Below are positions 20,084 to 31,330 of a DNA stretch of 64,000 nucleotides, one piece after another. Source of the stretch: Alkalispirochaeta sp. (lineage in GTDB: Bacteria; Spirochaetota; Spirochaetia; DSM-27196; Alkalispirochaetaceae); assembly GCA_965242725.1 (NCBI GenBank), contig CBDESZ010000022.1, positions 64,001-128,000 on the forward strand, given 5' to 3'. The translations under genes were made by a program, and so were the position numbers. The notes beneath the pieces were generated by a model. The model had not been told where the DNA came from. It ran no database searches and worked only from the letters and a program-made list of their open reading frames with translations. Position 1 is the stretch's first letter. Each line of letters opens with the position of its first letter.

Positions 20084-22201
20084 TTACTGCTGGAGAACCC
20101 GCCTTATTTCGGCCCACACCTGAAACTCCCGATACGGTTTTGAGAGAAAACCGTCCATTCCCGCTGCGTAACACTCATCGATCTGCTCCTTGAACGCGTG
20201 GGCGGACAGGGCGATGATGGGGTGCCGGGACGCTCCACTGTCATGCTCCCAGGCGCGTATGCGACGCGTGGCGGAAATTCCGTCAAGATGAGGCATTGAA
20301 ATATCCATGAGAATCACGTCAAAGTCCCGTTGCGTGACCGCTTCCGCCGCTCTGACCCCGTCGGACGCCTCCTCCACCTTTGCCCCTGCCCGGGAAATGA
20401 AATGGGAAAGGTAAATTCTGTTGATCGCCTCGTCTTCAACGATGAGGACCGAGAGGCCGTCCGCCACGCCCTTCTCCGCAGGCGCATCCTTTTCCGCCGG
20501 TGCGATTGTTTCCGCGGACGGCAACGGTAACGTCACGTCAAATTGTGACCCCTCTCCGATTTCGCTGACAACAGTCACCGTGCCGCCGTGCAGATCCACA
20601 AGTGTCTTCACGATCGCAAGACCGATACCCAATCCGGCGGTCGTGATTGCAGGTTCTCCCGTTCCCCGAGTGAATGGCTCAAAGATCGCGGACATCTCCC
20701 CGTCGGGAATTCCCGGTCCGGTGTCGCTCACCGAGATGAACAGCGTATCGTCGCGGTAGTCAAGAGCAAGGGAGACCGTACCGTCATCGGTAAACTTGAT
20801 CGCGTTGCCCCCCAGGTTAATGATGATCTGGGCGATTCTCTCCCGGTCACCGAGGACACGCACATCGTTTCCGGCATATGTGACGTGCCATTGAAGTTTC
20901 TTGTTTACGGCGGCCACCCCAAGTGTCTGATCGATCCAGTCTACCATCTCCTGGAGCCTGAAGGTGGTCGGCTCAAGAGTCATTCCACCCGCGCCGGTAC
21001 GGGAGATTTCGAGCAAATCAAGAAGGATACGGGAAAGATGCTGCGACGCCCCTTCAATTGTCCTGACGAGCTGAAGCTGCCGCCCGTCCAGCCCCGACTT
21101 GCCCAGGATATCGGTCATCCCGATTATACCGTGGAGCGGCGTGCGAAGCTCGTGACTCACATTGGCGAGAAAGCGCAGCTTCGCGTCGTTTGCATCACGC
21201 AATTCATTCTGGATTTCGGTGCTTCTGTTCAACGCTTCCGTCAGTTCCCTGGTACGCCGTCGTATCTGCCGCCTCAATATTGCGACCCACGCAAAGGCGC
21301 CGATGCCTACGCCAATGACGACATGAAGAACGACCACCACGATCCGTCCCTGCGTCGTGGTCCACCACGGTGGTCGTTCCAGAATGCCGAACCACTCCTC
21401 GTACAGCGTGTCAAACTCGCCGGTCGATTTGAGAACTCCCAGTCCTTCATTCAATATCGCCAGCAGATCAGCGTCACCCTTCCGGACGGCCATCCCATAG
21501 GGTTGGCGGAAAAGCGGCTCCTCGAGCATGTATATATTCCGATACCGGCCACGCCGGATCTCCCTCATCCCCTGGCCCATCCCGAAGATGGCGACCTCTC
21601 CCCTGCCCGTCTCAAGCGCTTCAAGGACGTCGCTCCACTCGGCGATGGGAACCACCTCTCTCCCGATACCCTCTTCCACGACATAATCATGCGCAAGGTC
21701 GCCGCGATGAACGAGGATGGTGGCATCATCCACATCCTGTAATGTACGAACGGCGGAACCTGAGGTGGTAAACACCCCGTAGGACACCACAAAGAGAGGA
21801 ATGGTGAAGTCGTGCAGCTGGTCCCGCGCCGGGGTCCGGTACATTCCCTGAAGCATATCCACTTCACCCGTCTCCAGACGCCGCCGCGCATCACTCCAGG
21901 AGGTAAGCTCCACCTCAATATCGAGATTCATTATTTCCGCCACACGTGCAACGATGGCGGTATTGAAACCGTCGGGCTCTCCCTGTTCATTGAGATACTC
22001 AAAGGGCGGATAGTCGTGGTCTCCACCCACACGGACCTTTCGCGAAAGCGATGAACCCGTGCCGCTCTCCACCGGGACGGTGCGGGAAATGAACCGCCCG
22101 TCCCTGCCGTCCATATTTTCAGGTACACAGGCGGAGACAATCAGCAGAATGCACGCGAGGAAGATGAAGGTCCGCACGCCCCCTCCTCCCACTGAGTTCA
22201 C
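20084..22201 (-). CDS. Hybrid sensor histidine kinase (SBP family 3 sensor - HisKA - HATPase - REC)
   Basis: DYPPFEY periplasmic domain, SHELRTPL, NAIKFT, DTGPGI, LMDISMP. Confidence 0.92.
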   Translation of the reverse strand: MNSVGGGGVRTFIFLACILLIVSACVPENMDGRDGRFISRTVPVESGTGSSLSRKVRVGGDHDYPPFEYLNEQGEPDGFNTAIVARVAEIMNLDIEVELTSWSDARRRLETGEVDMLQGMYRTPARDQLHDFTIPLFVVSYGVFTTSGSAVRTLQDVDDATILVHRGDLAHDYVVEEGIGREVVPIAEWSDVLEALETGRGEVAIFGMGQGMREIRRGRYRNIYMLEEPLFRQPYGMAVRKGDADLLAILNEGLGVLKSTGEFDTLYEEWFGILERPPWWTTTQGRIVVVVLHVVIGVGIGAFAWVAILRRQIRRRTRELTEALNRSTEIQNELRDANDAKLRFLANVSHELRTPLHGIIGMTDILGKSGLDGRQLQLVRTIEGASQHLSRILLDLLEISRTGAGGMTLEPTTFRLQEMVDWIDQTLGVAAVNKKLQWHVTYAGNDVRVLGDRERIAQIIINLGGNAIKFTDDGTVSLALDYRDDTLFISVSDTGPGIPDGEMSAIFEPFTRGTGEPAITTAGLGIGLAIVKTLVDLHGGTVTVVSEIGEGSQFDVTLPLPSAETIAPAEKDAPAEKGVADGLSVLIVEDEAINRIYLSHFISRAGAKVEEASDGVRAAEAVTQRDFDVILMDISMPHLDGISATRRIRAWEHDSGASRHPIIALSAHAFKEQIDECYAAGMDGFLSKPYREFQVWAEIRRVLQQ

Positions 22202-23886
22202 CCGGCGCCCCCCGCCGGCGCGGTAAGAACGATTCCCGTCGCAGGGGGGAGGGAAATGGTACCGTTTGAAAAACCGACGTCGGGGTCACTTGTAAAAATG
22301 GGATGTGCCTCCGCCAATGGAAGGGCAAACTCTCGCCTGCGGCGACCGAAGTTTATCGCAACGAGGCACGTTTCAGCCCCTTCAGCCCCGGCTTCCCGTA
22401 TATATGCGACGACCGTGGACGGTAATTTCCGGGGATCAACAAGACGGAGGGTACCCCGGGAAAGGGCGGGAAAGGTCCTGCGAATTCTCAACAGGGCGCG
22501 ATAGTGCTCCAGGAGGGAACGGGAATCCGACTCCTCCCGGGCGACGTTTACCGTCGATCTGTTTTCGTGAAGGGGCAGCCACGGCTCCCCGGTGCTGAAT
22601 CCCCCCTTTTCGCCTCCGTTCCACTGCATGGGAGTTCTGCAACCATCGCGATTGAGATAGAGCCCGAGGAGGTTTTCAAGCCACCGCGGTACCCATGAGT
22701 ACTGCCGCGCGACGGGATCGAGGGCACCTGCGAGGGGAAACTCCGCGTTTTCCATGCCGATCTCTTCCCCGTAATAGACGACGGGAATGCCCCGGGCGGT
22801 CAGCTGGAGGAGGGAGACACATTTCGCCCGGCCGATGTCGCCGCCCAGGCGGGTTATCCACCGACGCTGATCGTGGTTGCCCAGTACGAGGGTGGGCACC
22901 AGCGGCGGGGGGTAGAGCGTTTCAAATGTCTTGAGAACTGAACGAAAGAAGCGCGCTGAAAAGGTGAATCGCAGCAGCTGGAAGAGAAATATTGCGTGGA
23001 GTCCCGGTCGTTGACCGTCGCCGAGGTAGTTCCGTATCACGTTGTGCCGTCCGAAAACTTCGCCGATCAGGAGCCGTTCTGCGTCCCACCTGTCGGTGAA
23101 CTCCCTCAGCTCCCGGGCAAACTCGAAATTTTCAGGCAGGTTCATCGTGTATTTCTTGATCTGGTTGGCTCCATCGTTGGAATCGACGGGCTGGCCGATA
23201 CGGAACGAAAAGGGGTTGTTCCGGAACCGGTCATCCTTGAAGATTGCGTGAAATATGTCCAGGCGGAATCCGTCGACCCCCCTGTCGAGCCAGAATGCGA
23301 CATTATCGAACATCGCCTTTTTCACCGGCGGATGACGGTAATTGAGGTCCGGCTGAAAGGGAAGAAAGTTGGCGTAATACCATTGGCCCCGACGGGGCTC
23401 AAAGTGCCAGCCGTTCTTGCCGGTAATCGACTTCCAGTTGTTGGGCGGGCGGCGACCGCCCCTTTTCCCCTCCCGCCATATATACCAGTCGCTGTAATAG
23501 CCGTTCCGTTCCCGCCGGGAACGCTGAAACCATGGGTGTTCCAGCGAGGTGTGACAGAAGACCATGTCAAAGACGATACGCATATCAAGGTCGTGGACGG
23601 CATCGATAAGTCTCCGGGCGTCGTCCATCGTACCGTATTCGGGAGCGATCTCCCGGTAGTCCGAAATATCGTATCCATAATCCTGTTGCGGACTCCGGTA
23701 GAAGGGAGATATCCAGATCGTTTCAAATCCGAGATCCTTGATGTAGGTAAGGCGGGATATGATTCCGGGTATGTCTCCGACGCCGTCGCCGTTGGAATCC
23801 ATAAATGAACGGGGATAGACCTGGTACACCGTCGTGGACCGCCACCATCCGTTGTGCTGGTCCGGTATTATCCATCGCTCTTCCAC
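22198..23886 (-). CDS. GH13 alpha-glucosidase/oligo-1,6-glucosidase
   Basis: YQVYPRSFMDSNGDGVGD, QPDLN, GVDGFRLD, IGE, NHD, YYGEEIGM. Confidence 0.92.
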   Translation of the reverse strand: MEERWIIPDQHNGWWRSTTVYQVYPRSFMDSNGDGVGDIPGIISRLTYIKDLGFETIWISPFYRSPQQDYGYDISDYREIAPEYGTMDDARRLIDAVHDLDMRIVFDMVFCHTSLEHPWFQRSRRERNGYYSDWYIWREGKRGGRRPPNNWKSITGKNGWHFEPRRGQWYYANFLPFQPDLNYRHPPVKKAMFDNVAFWLDRGVDGFRLDIFHAIFKDDRFRNNPFSFRIGQPVDSNDGANQIKKYTMNLPENFEFARELREFTDRWDAERLLIGEVFGRHNVIRNYLGDGQRPGLHAIFLFQLLRFTFSARFFRSVLKTFETLYPPPLVPTLVLGNHDQRRWITRLGGDIGRAKCVSLLQLTARGIPVVYYGEEIGMENAEFPLAGALDPVARQYSWVPRWLENLLGLYLNRDGCRTPMQWNGGEKGGFSTGEPWLPLHENRSTVNVAREESDSRSLLEHYRALLRIRRTFPALSRGTLRLVDPRKLPSTVVAYIREAGAEGAETCLVAINFGRRRREFALPLAEAHPIFTSDPDVGFSNGTISLPPATGIVLTAPAGGAG

Positions 23887-23949
23887 CCCCCCTGCTCATT
23901 TCAAAAAGATAGTAGCGACACATTCACCGATCGCTGTATACTGAACCGC

Positions 23950-25562
23950 ATGGCGATGCGACGGACCGACCACTACACCGTTCCGGATAAACTCTATTCC
24001 ATACCGGAACCAAAGGTCTACCGCGACGCCTATTTCGAACTTCCTTTTTTTACGACGCCTGTTCATCCTCTTGCGATCATGGTTCAGCAAGTCCGACATC
24101 TCCCGGATGATCAAGGAACAGGAGCTGGAAACGATCAAGCACCGTATCGCCGACGATGAATCTGCGATTCTGGATCCGACGATTCCCGCTCTCCGCGACG
24201 GCTTTCACAGCAGGATCCGCACGGTGGGACAGCTCATTCAGAAGCTGAAGCCGGTGCTCATGGAGGTACGGGGTTCGGGGGCGGGGCCCTTTCTCCGGGG
24301 GATGCTGGAGAAACTTGACAGTGAACTCTACAAGACGCTTCAGGCGGCGTGTGTCATTCCCGAGGAAATCCTGACAAAAGCGACAACCACCGTGGCGGGC
24401 GCCAAGAAGCGGGTACAGCATGACCTGTTGCAGGCCCTTGAAATCAACGAGAAGACGATTAAAGAGTACCTCACGCCGATCTGGAACAGCATCGAAGCGC
24501 TGGCACTCCTTTCCACCGTGGACTTTGCCGCCCTCGTTCCCGGTGAAGGCGGAAAAGGGCTGCAGGTACCCATGCGTCCCGTCAAGGACCAGCTCATTCA
24601 GCTCGCCTGTGCGATGGACGTATGCTCCCGGAATAACCGTCCCGGAGCCATCAAGGGTGCGACGGAGTACGTCTCTCTCCGTACGGGGAAAACGGAATAC
24701 CGCGGGAGAGACGATCTGGCAGGCAATTGACGATGTACTGAAGGCCATTCCCCTTGCGGACCTCGCGCGACTCGCCGCAGATGAGCCACGAATGGAACTG
24801 GTACAGATTACCACTCCCAACAACTGGTGGCAGCGTTTTTCAGCGACGTGGCTGGAGCGGATCGATGTTCAGGGGCCGCTGATGCGCCACCGGTCAATGG
24901 TCCTGGAAGAGATACTCCGCAGCGGGTTTGAGGTGGGGGAACCCGTTCCGGCGTGGATACCACCCTCCCTGTACCAGCGCTCAGCCGGCGCCTTCCGTCG
25001 CCTTGCCACGGCACAGCGCTTCCGTGACACCCGGACAATGGTGGGAGCCCTCGCACGGGAACACTCGGCAATGCCCGCCGCCGATCGCGCCAAGATCCTG
25101 GAAGCCCATGTGGAACTTGACCGCGTCTATACCCGACTGGAAGAGCTTATTGGAATCGGCGAGTCCCGGGGCATGCTGGGAGACGATTTACGCCGCCTGC
25201 GGCAGGCCGATGAGGCGCGCGCCTCGGTGGCAGGCATGCAGAAGATGAATATCTATACAAAACACCGTCCGACGATGCGCACCCTTATCGACCAGGGAAT
25301 TGAGGCGATGAACACAATTGCGGGACACTACAGCCGCAACAAGACGTTGCTGAAAAAGATGCTCCGTAGCGGGGTGCTGCGTATCGATCTCGGTTCCGAC
25401 GAAGTGACGCCGACGGAAATTCTTGAACTGGTCACCGACGGATATATCAAACTTGCCCAGGCACTTCGGAGCCTCGTCGCCCTGGAACATGAATTGACGA
25501 AGGGTCTTCAGTCCGCCGCCGAGGAGGAGGAAGAGACCACCGCCGTTGACGAAGCGGGGTAG
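23950..25562 (+). CDS. Spirochaete conserved helical protein, DUF5312-like (two frameshifts)
   Basis: Three consecutive frames join if one base is removed at T7 24045-24051 (LPFLRRLFILLRSWF) and one at 24685-24692. Family assignment is from resemblance only. Confidence 0.55.
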
Positions 25563-25573
25563 ACGGACGCCTG

Positions 25574-27629
25574 TTACGCGACGGATTCACCGGTGCCGCG
25601 GCGTTTTCCAACCGTCATGAGCAGAATCGAAAGATCGGAATTACGAACCCCGGAAATGCGCGACGCCTGCGCGACCGAAAGAGGTCGAATGTGCTTGAAC
25701 TTTTCCCGCGCCTCGTTGGAAATGCCCTTGAGGGTATCCCAGTCAAAATCGGCGGGGATTTTCATCTGTTCCATGCGGCGGAACCGTTTTACCATCTTCT
25801 CTTCCCGGGCGACGTAACCCTCGTACTTGATGTCCAACTCCACCTGCCGGAGCCACTCGACCGGACGGGGCTCACCGCTGCGGGGATCGTTCACGAGGGA
25901 GGTGTCCAGCTGAGCGAGATCCGCGAGTGAGACCTCCGGGCTCTTGAGGATGTGGGCAAAGCTCTTCCCCACGAATTTTGCGAGGCCGTTACCGCCACCA
26001 CTCTCTCCGTCGGTCCCGGAGGCCGCCCCGCTTCCCGCTTTTTCAAGGGCGGGTGAAGCGTCCCGTCGCGATGAGAGTGCCGACGGCGACGCAAGTTCTT
26101 TTTCAGAAAGATTGCGGGTCCGCAGAAGCTCCCGTATCTCTTCGATGGCGGCGCGTTTTTCCTGAAACCGTTCCCACTCCGCGGGGGTATGCATACCGAC
26201 ATTCCAGGCGCGCTCGTAGAGGCGCATGTCCGAGCTGTCATGGCGGAGATTCATGCGGTGCTCCGCCCGGGAGGTGAACATGCGGTAGGGCTCTTTGGTG
26301 CCGAGAGTGACGAGATCGTCGATGAGGACACCGATGTACGCTTCCGAGCGGCTCAGGACGAAGGGTTCCTTGCCCTGCATGCGCATTGCAGCGTTGATCC
26401 CGGCGATGAGTCCCTGTCCCGCCGCCTCCTCGTATCCCGAGGTGCCGTTGGTCTGTCCGGCGATGTAGAGGCCCCTTACCATTTTGGCTTCCAGGCTGGG
26501 ATAGAGCCGGGTGGGATCGATGTGGTCGTATTCCACGGCGTATCCGGGACGGACGATTTCCGCCCCTTCCAGGCCGGGTATGGAGTGTATGAACTGCTCC
26601 TGCACCTCTTCCGGCAGGGAGGAGGAGATGCCGTTGAGATACATTTCTCCCGTTGAAAGTCCTTCAGGCTCTATGAATATCTGATGTCGCGTCCGATCGG
26701 GGAATTTGACCACCTTGTCCTCTATGGAGGGGCAGTACCGCGGTCCCGACCCGACGATGAGCCCCGAGTAGAGGGGTGAGCGGGCTGATGTTTGCCTGTA
26801 TGACGGCGTGGGTCTCTTCTGTGGTGTAGGCGATGTAGCACTGCACCTGCTTCCGATCCACACGCCGGTTGCCGTACGAAAAGGGGACGATCTCGTCGTC
26901 GCCGAACTGGGGTTCCACCTTGTCAAAGTCTATGGAGCGCCGCATGACCCGCGCGGGGGTGCCCGTCTTCATCCGGCCCATGGGGAATCCAAGTTCCCGA
27001 AGGGGCCTTTCAAGTCCCCGGGCGGCGGGCTCGGCGATGCGACCGTTTTCCGCGTTGTACTCACCGATGAATATCCGTCCGTTGAGGAATGTACCGGTGG
27101 TTATGACGACGGTGCGGGCGGTGAAGCGTTTGCCCCGCTCGGTGATGACTCCCGCCACGGAGCGCGCCGTCGCCGGTGATGTGGTAAGAGACGACGGGGC
27201 GGGAGATGCCGCCGTTGCGCCCGCCGGTCCGACAGGCACATCCGACCGGCTGTAGAGCAGTCCCGTCACGGTATCCTGGAAGAGGCTCAGATTTGACTGT
27301 TCCTCGAGAACCTGCTTTGCCTTGACCTGGTACGCAAGTTTGTCCGCCTGGGCGCGGGGCGCCTGCACGGCGGGACCGCGGCTGCGGTTGAGAACGCGAA
27401 ACTGGATCATCGTCTCGTCGGTAATCCGTCCCATTTGCCCGCCCAGGGCGTCGATTTCACGGACCATATTGCCTTTGGCGAGACCGCCGATGGCGGGATT
27501 GCAGCTGAGTTTGCCGATTGTATCAAGATTCTGGGTAATCAGGAGGACGCGAAAGTCCAGACGGGCTATTGCGCTGGCAGCCTCTATTCCGGCGTGGCCT
27601 CCTCCAACTACGATGGCATCGAAATCCAT
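25574..27629 (-). CDS. mnmG: tRNA uridine 5-carboxymethylaminomethyl modification enzyme MnmG (frameshifted at ~26783)
   Basis: [55 protein letters not shown]. Removing one base restores NISRSPLYSG. Confidence 0.95.
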
Positions 27630-27664
27630 GTATGATAGAGTATCAAAATGCTGAGGATTGTTCT

Positions 27665-28880
27665 ATGAATGAAGAGCTGTTGGGCCCGGCCAGACCGCTC
27701 ACGCGATGGGTGGAAGGTATCATCCTTGTGGATGATGAAGACGATGTCCTCAGGTCCCTTGCGCGGGACATCAGGAGCTGGACCCGGAGCCGGAATCTTA
27801 CGGTCTACCCGGTGCATTCCGGTGAGGAATGCCTGGACCTCGTCCGCGAAAAGTATCCCTCCATCGGTCTGGTCGTATCGGACCTGCGTATGCCCGGTAT
27901 GAGCGGCGCCGACCTTTTTATAGCCCTCAACGATGCGTATCCCGATATCGGATGCGTCATGGTCACCGCCTACGCCGACATGGATCAAATCACCCGCGCC
28001 CTCTCGTCATCGATGATGGGCCTTATCCAAAAACCGTGGACGCCGGATGAGTTGCAGGCGGATCTTGACCGCGCCCTGGAACAGGTTGAATACCGACGCA
28101 GTGCGGAAGAACGGAACAGGGAGCTGAATCAGCAGCTCGAGCTGGCCGGTGCCTTTCAAAAAGCGGCAATGGCGGTCACCATTCCTCCCGACGAACGTGT
28201 GGAATATCAGGGCTTTTCCCGCCCCGCCAAGGAAATGCACGTAACCGGAGACTTCAATGATTTTCTCAGACTTGACAGGGACCGGTACCTCCTTCTGGTG
28301 GGAGACGTCTCCGGTCACGGCATGCGGGCGGCGTTGCTGTCGGCGATGCTCAAGATCGTGGTCCGCTCATACGTTGACCGGGGACAGAGCCTCGGTCGCG
28401 GGGCCGGCGGAACTCCTCCGCCAGGTCAACATCGCAATATCCTCCTATTTACCCCGTACTTCAGGTATGATCGCCTCCTGCGCGGCGGTAATTGTCGATC
28501 TTCAGTCACAGACGCTGCTCATTGCCAACGCTGGCCATCCTCCCGTTTTTGTGGTGCGTAACGGAACCTTCGCATACAGTTCCATACTCGATCCCGCGAT
28601 GGGCATTTCCATGGACACTGCGTACCGGGAAGAGGAGTTGCCCCTGCAGCACGGTGACAGAATCGTCCTCTTTTCCGACGGCCTCTACTCCAATGCGACA
28701 AAGGACGAGGAGTATTTTTCCACCACACGGACCGGTACGATTTTCCAGGGAGCCCACGGGGGAACGCACTTTTCCGACGATGTGATACGTCTCGTCATGG
28801 CTGATCGCATTATGCACGGTCGTCCAACCGTACCGTTGTTTGCCGATGATGTTACAATAGTCTCACTCATGGTGTATTGA
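27665..28880 (+). CDS. Response regulator receiver - PP2C/SpoIIE phosphatase (frameshifted at ~28380-28403)
   Basis: LVDDE, VSDLRMPGMSG, KPW; TGDF, GDVSGHG, ANAGHPP, FSDGL, DDVT. Confidence 0.88.
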
Positions 28881-28884
28881 AGCG

Positions 28885-30707
28885 ATGGAATATCAGCTTT
28901 TTGTCATACTCGCACCGGTTGCGGCGATCGTACTCCTGATCACGGCGGCACGAATCTTTCCTTTTCGCGGCGTTCTCATGTCACGGACGATTCTCGCCTA
29001 TCTCATCGCCGTCTCGGCGCTCCTGGCCGCCAACACGCTGGAACTGGTCGTGGACACACCCGGAGTGGACGCTGTTTTTCGCCCGGCTGGTCCATCCGGC
29101 GTGGCACGCCGTGGCGATTACGTGGTTCCTCTTCGCCGCGTTCTACTCCGGTCGGAACACATGGGCGCGGGCGTCCCGTATCGCGGGACTTGCATTCTAT
29201 CCGGTCCTTTTCAGCGCGGCCATTCATATTGAATCGGTATCACACCTGTTCTGGACGTCCCTGCAGTTTTTTAAAGTTGACGGGTATCTCACCATGTCCG
29301 GTCGTTACGGCTGGCTCTTCTGGATAAACGGAGTATATGCATACAGTCTGATTCTCATCGGGGTAATAACAATCGTACGAAACGCCCTTGATCGTCCCGA
29401 CTGGTATAAGCGGCAGACCCTTGTCCTCGTCGCAGGCGCCGTACTGCCCGTTCTGGCCAACCTTATATATATCTTCCGCCTCTTTCCGTGGCCGCAAAAG
29501 GACTACACCTCCATTGCCTTTGCCCCTCTCGGGCCTCGCCTTTTACCTGGGCGTTCAGAACGTAAGCCTTCGCGGAAAAAGACCGTTGACGAGAAGCACC
29601 GTACTGCAGGACGTACACAGCGCCGTGCTCGTCCTTGACAATGAGGGTACGATCCTGGACGCAAATCCCGCCGCGATGGAAATGCTGAACCTTACCGTTC
29701 AAGGCGGTCTGTATCACCACAGTTCTCTTTCCCGCGGCGTGGTGAGTGACCTTTCGCTGTCGTCCCATCACAACACGGTAAAGTCCCATGACTGGGACAA
29801 TGGGGAGCAGCGGACCTTTGACATCACCGTAAGACCCGTCGCGGAAACGACGGGCGTTCACTCTGCGGCGGTGGTGACGATTCATGAAACGACGGAATGG
29901 CTCCGACTCAAACAGGCCAATCAGGACATTCACCTGCGTTATGATCGAGCAGGAACGGCTGGCGACGATCGGCATGCTCTCCGCAAGCATCGCCCATGAG
30001 ATCAAGAATCCCCTGACGGTGCTCAGGAGCACCTACGGCTCGGTGTACGACATTGCCCGGCGGTTGCTCGCGGAACAGACGGACCTATCGGAGAGCCCCC
30101 TCCATGAGGAGCTGCAGGAAAGCGATGAAGCCTTTCGTCGCGGATTTGAACGGATCGGGTCGGTGCTGCAGACAATGACGGGCCACGCGAGACCATTTGA
30201 AAATGAATCCCTTGTGAACGTTGATCTGCACCAGATTATCACCGACACCCTCCAGCTGACGCGCTCGGTCTATCGCGGCGTTGCAACGGTGGAACAGCGA
30301 TTTGGCACCATCCCCACCGTATTCTGCATGCCCGGTGCGATAAGCCAGGTATTTCTCAATATTCTTCTCAATGCGGTTCAGGCCATTGAATCAAAGGGAC
30401 ATGACGGTGACTTTTCCAGGTACGGTAAGATCGTCATAGAAACCGCCGTCGGTGGATCCGCCGACGAAAAGAAGATGGTCCAGTGCAGGATCCTGAACAA
30501 CGGTCCCGAAATTCCGTCGGAGGTGGCCGCGAAGATCTTTGAACCGTTCTTTACGACCAAATCCGCCGATGTCGGATCAGGTCTCGGCCTCTCGATTTCC
30601 CGGCGGATCATCGTGGACCGCCATAACGGCCGGTTGGAAGTGATTCAACGGGACGGTATATGACCGGTTTCCTCATCGGTCTGCCCATTGTGGAGCCGGA
30701 ACCGTGA
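28885..30707 (+). CDS. HisKA_7TM - PAS - histidine kinase (four frameshifts)
   Basis: Frames join at 29059-61, 29523-26, 29939-40 and ~30657-61. AHEIKNPL, FFTTK, GSGLGL. The restored end TGFLIGLP..* at 30707 overlaps the thpR GTG. Confidence 0.8.
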
Positions 30708-31330
30708 GGGACAGTACATCCCGTAAATTATTTGTTGCCTATACCCTTCCTGCGGCACTGCGAGGACGCGTTGCCGATCGTCAGGAAATCCTCCGGGCAT
30801 CCCTCGGCACCAAAGACATTTTGAGGATGGTGGCACCGGAGAAACTGCATCTCACGCTCCTTTTTCTCGGCGAAGTGCCCGGGGAGAAGGTGCATCCCCT
30901 TGCGGCAGCGATGGAAGAGGCCATTCCGGAGGGAACCGAAAAACCCCGTCTGGTCCTGACCGGAATCGGCGCGTTTCCGTCACCCCGCCGCCCGAGGGTG
31001 GTGTGGGTCGGGGCCCTAGATCCGACGGGGTATACCGAAGCCCTGGCCGGCAATCTCCGGTTCCGCCTCTCTTCCGTCGTCCCTGATCTCCTTCCTTCCG
31101 ATGGAGACCATACCTTTGTACCCCATATCACGATCGGGTATCCCCGGCGCGGACTCTCGGGAGAAGAGCGAACGACGCTGAGTAACGTCCTCCGGAACCC
31201 TTCACTCGTGACGCCGGAGGAGGCGGGAGAGGAGCAACCCGCCTTTGATGTGGGCGAAGCAGCCCTGGTGGAGAGCGTCCCCACCAATCGGGGTACACGG
31301 TACGACGTCCAATACGCCGTCAAAATATGA
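30704..31330 (+). CDS. thpR: RNA 2',3'-cyclic phosphodiesterase (2H phosphoesterase)
   Basis: Two HxT motifs (HLTLLFLG, PHITIG) and GAFP...PRVVWVG. Confidence 0.88.
   Translation: MRDSTSRKLFVAYTLPAALRGRVADRQEILRASLGTKDILRMVAPEKLHLTLLFLGEVPGEKVHPLAAAMEEAIPEGTEKPRLVLTGIGAFPSPRRPRVVWVGALDPTGYTEALAGNLRFRLSSVVPDLLPSDGDHTFVPHITIGYPRRGLSGEERTTLSNVLRNPSLVTPEEAGEEQPAFDVGEAALVESVPTNRGTRYDVQYAVKI

Noticed and set aside
24045..24052. T7A as a programmed frameshift site
   Set aside because: The required shift is +1 and fits the surrounding pattern of insertion errors.
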